45,074 nucleotides of DNA from a phage, in the NCBI GenBank assembly GCA_028473545.1, contig GCA_028473545.1_4546.1; one strand, given 5' to 3'. Numbering within the stretch: the stretch's first letter is position 1; each line of letters starts with the position of its first letter. This document shows positions 42,544 to 45,074 of the stretch, piece after piece. A model generated the notes under the pieces. That model saw only the letters and a list, made by a program, of their open reading frames with translations. It was not told where the DNA came from and ran no database searches. Position numbers and translations under genes: made by a program.

Positions 42544-43966
42544 TGCTTAAGTCCTCGTCAGTAGCTTCAGACCACGCGGGGCGCGGGTCATCGATTGGTG
42601 CCAACACCGGTTTAGCCGGTGCGCGCGTGATTTTATCACACAATTTCGCCCACACTTTCGGTTTCTCGTCCTTCAATACCTTCTCGGCATCGGTAGGACT
42701 GAGTAATGTTTCTTTGTACATTACATCGCGCTTGATCCGGGCCTTCGTGAAGATTTCAATCACTTCGCTCTCATCCGCCCACTTGCGATTACCTTCCTTA
42801 CCGGCAACCATCTTGAGGCCCAGCGATTCGCCATCACCCGCCATCACCGCCTTGAATACTGCGGACTCGATAGCCTTGATGTGCTGACGCATTGCGTCGA
42901 GGCCTTCGTATGCATTACGCAGTTCCGCCGCGCTCATAGCGCCATTGGATTCTTCCTTATAGCCGCGCTTCGCACGTCGTGCCGCTTTCCGGGCTTCGCG
43001 GGCTGTATTGCGGTCGTGGTTGGCGCATTCTTCTTCTGTCGCCACGCTCACGTCGTCCGCCAGGTCGTCGTCTGTTGCCGTTGGTGGGGTCATCGTGTCG
43101 ATGGCGGCCTTAGCGCGGGCACTACACTGATCCGCAAATCGGCACCACTGACAGGCATCGACGCTCGGTCGGAAGTCGGCGCGGGTGAGTCCCTTCTTAC
43201 CGCGGGAATACGCGTCCAGTGCGGCAATAGCACGCTTGGATGCAAACTTAGCGAATATCTCCAGCGCTTCCACTGTAATATCCCACTCCGACGCCCCGCC
43301 GCAATACGGCTGGAAGATTACCAGGCGAACGGTCGTAATGTCGTACATGGTTTGCAGCTTGCGCAGCAGGCCCAGCGCGTACAACATAAGCTGTTTGTTT
43401 TCTTTCGCCTCGACCTTATGTCGCCCGGTCTTCAGGTCGCCAACAATAAGCATGTACGTGCCGTCGGTCTTCTTCATGACCATGACCATATCGGCAGTGC
43501 CAAACGTCTTCACCCTGTTGCTGTCTATCTCGAAGCCGGGGTGCAAGATGCGGGTGAGATCGGCGCGCATTTCAAGCTGGACAAACTCCGCTACTTCAAG
43601 GAGCGGTCGCCAGTGGTCGATGTACGCGTCGCACTGTTTCACCATATCGTCGTTGACCAGTACGCCGCCTTTCGGTGCTTTCGGGTGGGCCTTTACCGGT
43701 CCCTTACCTTCGTTCTCGACGTAGCACCCTTTGTACGTCTTCGCGGATAGCTTCTTCTCACCGGCAATGATGCGGTTTAACACTACTTCAGATACGGTGT
43801 GCATACTCGTACCGTTAATCGCCGCTTGCCCGGACTCATTCGGGATACCTTTTTCGACTACCAGGGCGGCAGGACACCCCATCCATTTTTTAGATCCCGA
43901 TGGCCCAAGTAATGAGTGCTCCGTATTGCTGCCGGATTGCGTTTTGCGCTTCGGTTTAATAGCCAT
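42536..43966 (-). CDS. PD-(D/E)xK nuclease, Cas4/RecB-like (DUF2800-like) with C-terminal Cys cluster
   Basis: 476 aa; N-terminal LLGPSGSKKWMGCPAA; CQWCRFADQC cluster; paired with the gp2.5-like SSB as in many phage replication modules. Confidence 0.55.
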   Translation of the reverse strand: MAIKPKRKTQSGSNTEHSLLGPSGSKKWMGCPAALVVEKGIPNESGQAAINGTSMHTVSEVVLNRIIAGEKKLSAKTYKGCYVENEGKGPVKAHPKAPKGGVLVNDDMVKQCDAYIDHWRPLLEVAEFVQLEMRADLTRILHPGFEIDSNRVKTFGTADMVMVMKKTDGTYMLIVGDLKTGRHKVEAKENKQLMLYALGLLRKLQTMYDITTVRLVIFQPYCGGASEWDITVEALEIFAKFASKRAIAALDAYSRGKKGLTRADFRPSVDACQWCRFADQCSARAKAAIDTMTPPTATDDDLADDVSVATEEECANHDRNTAREARKAARRAKRGYKEESNGAMSAAELRNAYEGLDAMRQHIKAIESAVFKAVMAGDGESLGLKMVAGKEGNRKWADESEVIEIFTKARIKRDVMYKETLLSPTDAEKVLKDEKPKVWAKLCDKITRAPAKPVLAPIDDPRPAWSEATDEDLSNE

Positions 43967-44154
43967 TATTCCACCCTTGAAAATTGAGCAATGTAATAAT
44001 CGTGTTTAACATTGGCGCGCTTCGCGGCTTCGTTCATGGTTGATGCCAGTCCGCGGGCTTGCGTCCAGCAACAATTCCAGTTTTGATTCATAACAATTTC
44101 TGGTTGCTCGTCGCCGGTAATACGGCAGCGAAATAAAACAAAGAATATAGTCAT
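43966..44154 (-). CDS. Hypothetical small protein
   Basis: Start at MTIFFVLF; ATG shares one base with the upstream stop (TAATG). Confidence 0.3.
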   Translation of the reverse strand: MTIFFVLFRCRITGDEQPEIVMNQNWNCCWTQARGLASTMNEAAKRANVKHDYYIAQFSRVE

Positions 44155-44405
44155 TATTTTGTTTCCCAACGGTCAATTACTTTTTCCTCCGACGATACGG
44201 CAAAGCGAACATATTCCAGATTGGAGTCCGCCCAAATATAGAAGTCGGGGTTAGTAAATGTGGTGCGCTTAATTTGCGCGGGGTTATCGCGGCGTTTATC
44301 TATTACGGCAACGCGTGATTTAAAGTTGCCGGTACGTTCGAATAGCCAATAATAAGGGCGCTGGTCGCGTGAATCCACCGCCTCGATTAGCGTGAAGCGT
44401 GCCAT
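44154..44405 (-). CDS. Hypothetical protein
   Basis: 83 aa; gagga RBS; preceded on the minus strand by a hairpin and T-run (44415-44446). Confidence 0.45.
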   Translation of the reverse strand: MARFTLIEAVDSRDQRPYYWLFERTGNFKSRVAVIDKRRDNPAQIKRTTFTNPDFYIWADSNLEYVRFAVSSEEKVIDRWETK

Positions 44406-44453
44406 TGTCTCGTCCTCTAAAAATAGGCCCGCAGATTAGCGGGCCGGATAATA

Positions 44454-44972
44454 TTAATCTTCTAATTCGAAATACGTTTCTACGATTTCTTTTAAATCTT
44501 TGTGGAAGTCTTCGACGTCGTCATCTTCCAGCTTGGCGACGGATTTAATTTCGAACGCTTCCAGCAGATCATCAAATTCGTCGTTTGCGTCGTCGTCATC
44601 TCCGCCCGCAATAATAGCGGCATACTGTTTGATTTCGTCGCGCATTTCTTTAAGCGGATCGGCATCTTTCTTGCCTTTGCCTTTCGCCGGTGCTTTCTTA
44701 GATTTCGCCGGGGCTTCTTCCTCGTCCGCGTCGTCGTCTTCTTCTACGGCTTCTTTCTTAGCCTTGCCCTTTGCGGGCGCTTTTTTGGTCTTTGCCGGGG
44801 CTTCGTCTTCAGCATCGTCATCTTCGGCTACTTCTTCTTTCGCCTTGCCCTTTGCCGGGGCTTTCTTCGCTTCCTGTTTACCAACGGCAGCGCCAGCAGT
44901 TTCATAATGCTTAGCGATGGTTTCCAGTGCTACAACGCCGCGAGTGATCAGGTTTACGATTTGCTCAAACAT
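44454..44972 (-). CDS. Highly charged tandem-repeat protein (alternating K/A/P-rich basic and D/E-rich acidic blocks)
   Basis: 172 aa; three copies of APAK.KKAPAKGKAKKE followed by acidic runs; ggaga RBS; first gene downstream of the leftward early promoter. Confidence 0.55.
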   Translation of the reverse strand: MFEQIVNLITRGVVALETIAKHYETAGAAVGKQEAKKAPAKGKAKEEVAEDDDAEDEAPAKTKKAPAKGKAKKEAVEEDDDADEEEAPAKSKKAPAKGKGKKDADPLKEMRDEIKQYAAIIAGGDDDDANDEFDDLLEAFEIKSVAKLEDDDVEDFHKDLKEIVETYFELED

Positions 44973-45033
44973 GGTATATCTCCGATTGGTTAATTTTAAG
45001 TGTTCGGTGCGGTATGCCCCGTCAACGAGGTGA

Positions 45034-45063
45034 ATAATAGATTGGTTGCATGCGGGGTGTCAA
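45034..45063 (-). promoter_or_regulatory. Sigma70-like early promoter (leftward)
   Basis: Minus strand TTGACA (45063-45058), 18-nt spacer containing TGCAACCAAT, TATTAT (45039-45034); about 55 nt upstream of the ATG at 44972. Confidence 0.45.
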
Positions 45064-45074
45064 CAACTAATTTC

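Noticed and set aside
44500-44993. Plus-strand ORFs antisense to the charged-repeat gene (44500-44907, 44502-44993)
   Set aside because: Low-complexity Ser/Ala and Phe-rich shadow frames of the repeat; the minus-strand gene has an RBS and promoter.
1-45074. Lysogeny module (integrase, CI-like repressor, attP) and tRNA genes
   Set aside because: No ORF showed tyrosine- or serine-recombinase or repressor features, and no cloverleaf-like tRNA was noticed by eye; absence cannot be proven without tRNAscan and profile searches.

Overview
The window reads as a near-complete genome (~45 kb) of a tailed dsDNA phage of enterobacterial type with a lambda-like tail module (tape measure, M/L/K/I/J-like proteins). 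I found no integrase, repressor, tRNA, rRNA or CRISPR array, so it is probably virulent. Plus strand 0.1-32.5 kb: early HTH gene, primase/helicase, small early genes, holin/endolysin cassette, HTH-metallophosphatase, terminase small/large, portal, head morphogenesis, spanin-like pair, scaffold, major capsid, neck/tail genes, G-like chaperone with a probable -1 frameshift extension, tape measure, M/L/K/I/J-like tail-tip genes, and a tail fiber with S74-type chaperone domain. Minus strand 32.5-45 kb: leftward early/replication operon with a charged tandem-repeat protein, Cas4-like PD-(D/E)xK nuclease, gp2.5-like SSB, family-A DNA polymerase, VRR-NUC, SNF2-type helicase, short C5-methyltransferase-like protein, Dam-type N6-adenine methyltransferase and HAD phosphatase. 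Most notable: (1) a three-gene antisense island (13.2-14.9 kb) inside the structural block whose first gene encodes a truncated DnaN beta-clamp homologue; (2) a ~180-bp module of GCGGGACA iterons, GC-rich hairpin and paired TGCATAA boxes, duplicated at 2.85-3.06 kb and 20.5-20.9 kb; (3) a recurrent ATTGGTTGCA box in intergenic regions. All product calls come from motifs recognised by eye and from gene order; no database search was run. Motif coordinates were counted by hand and may be off by a few nt.
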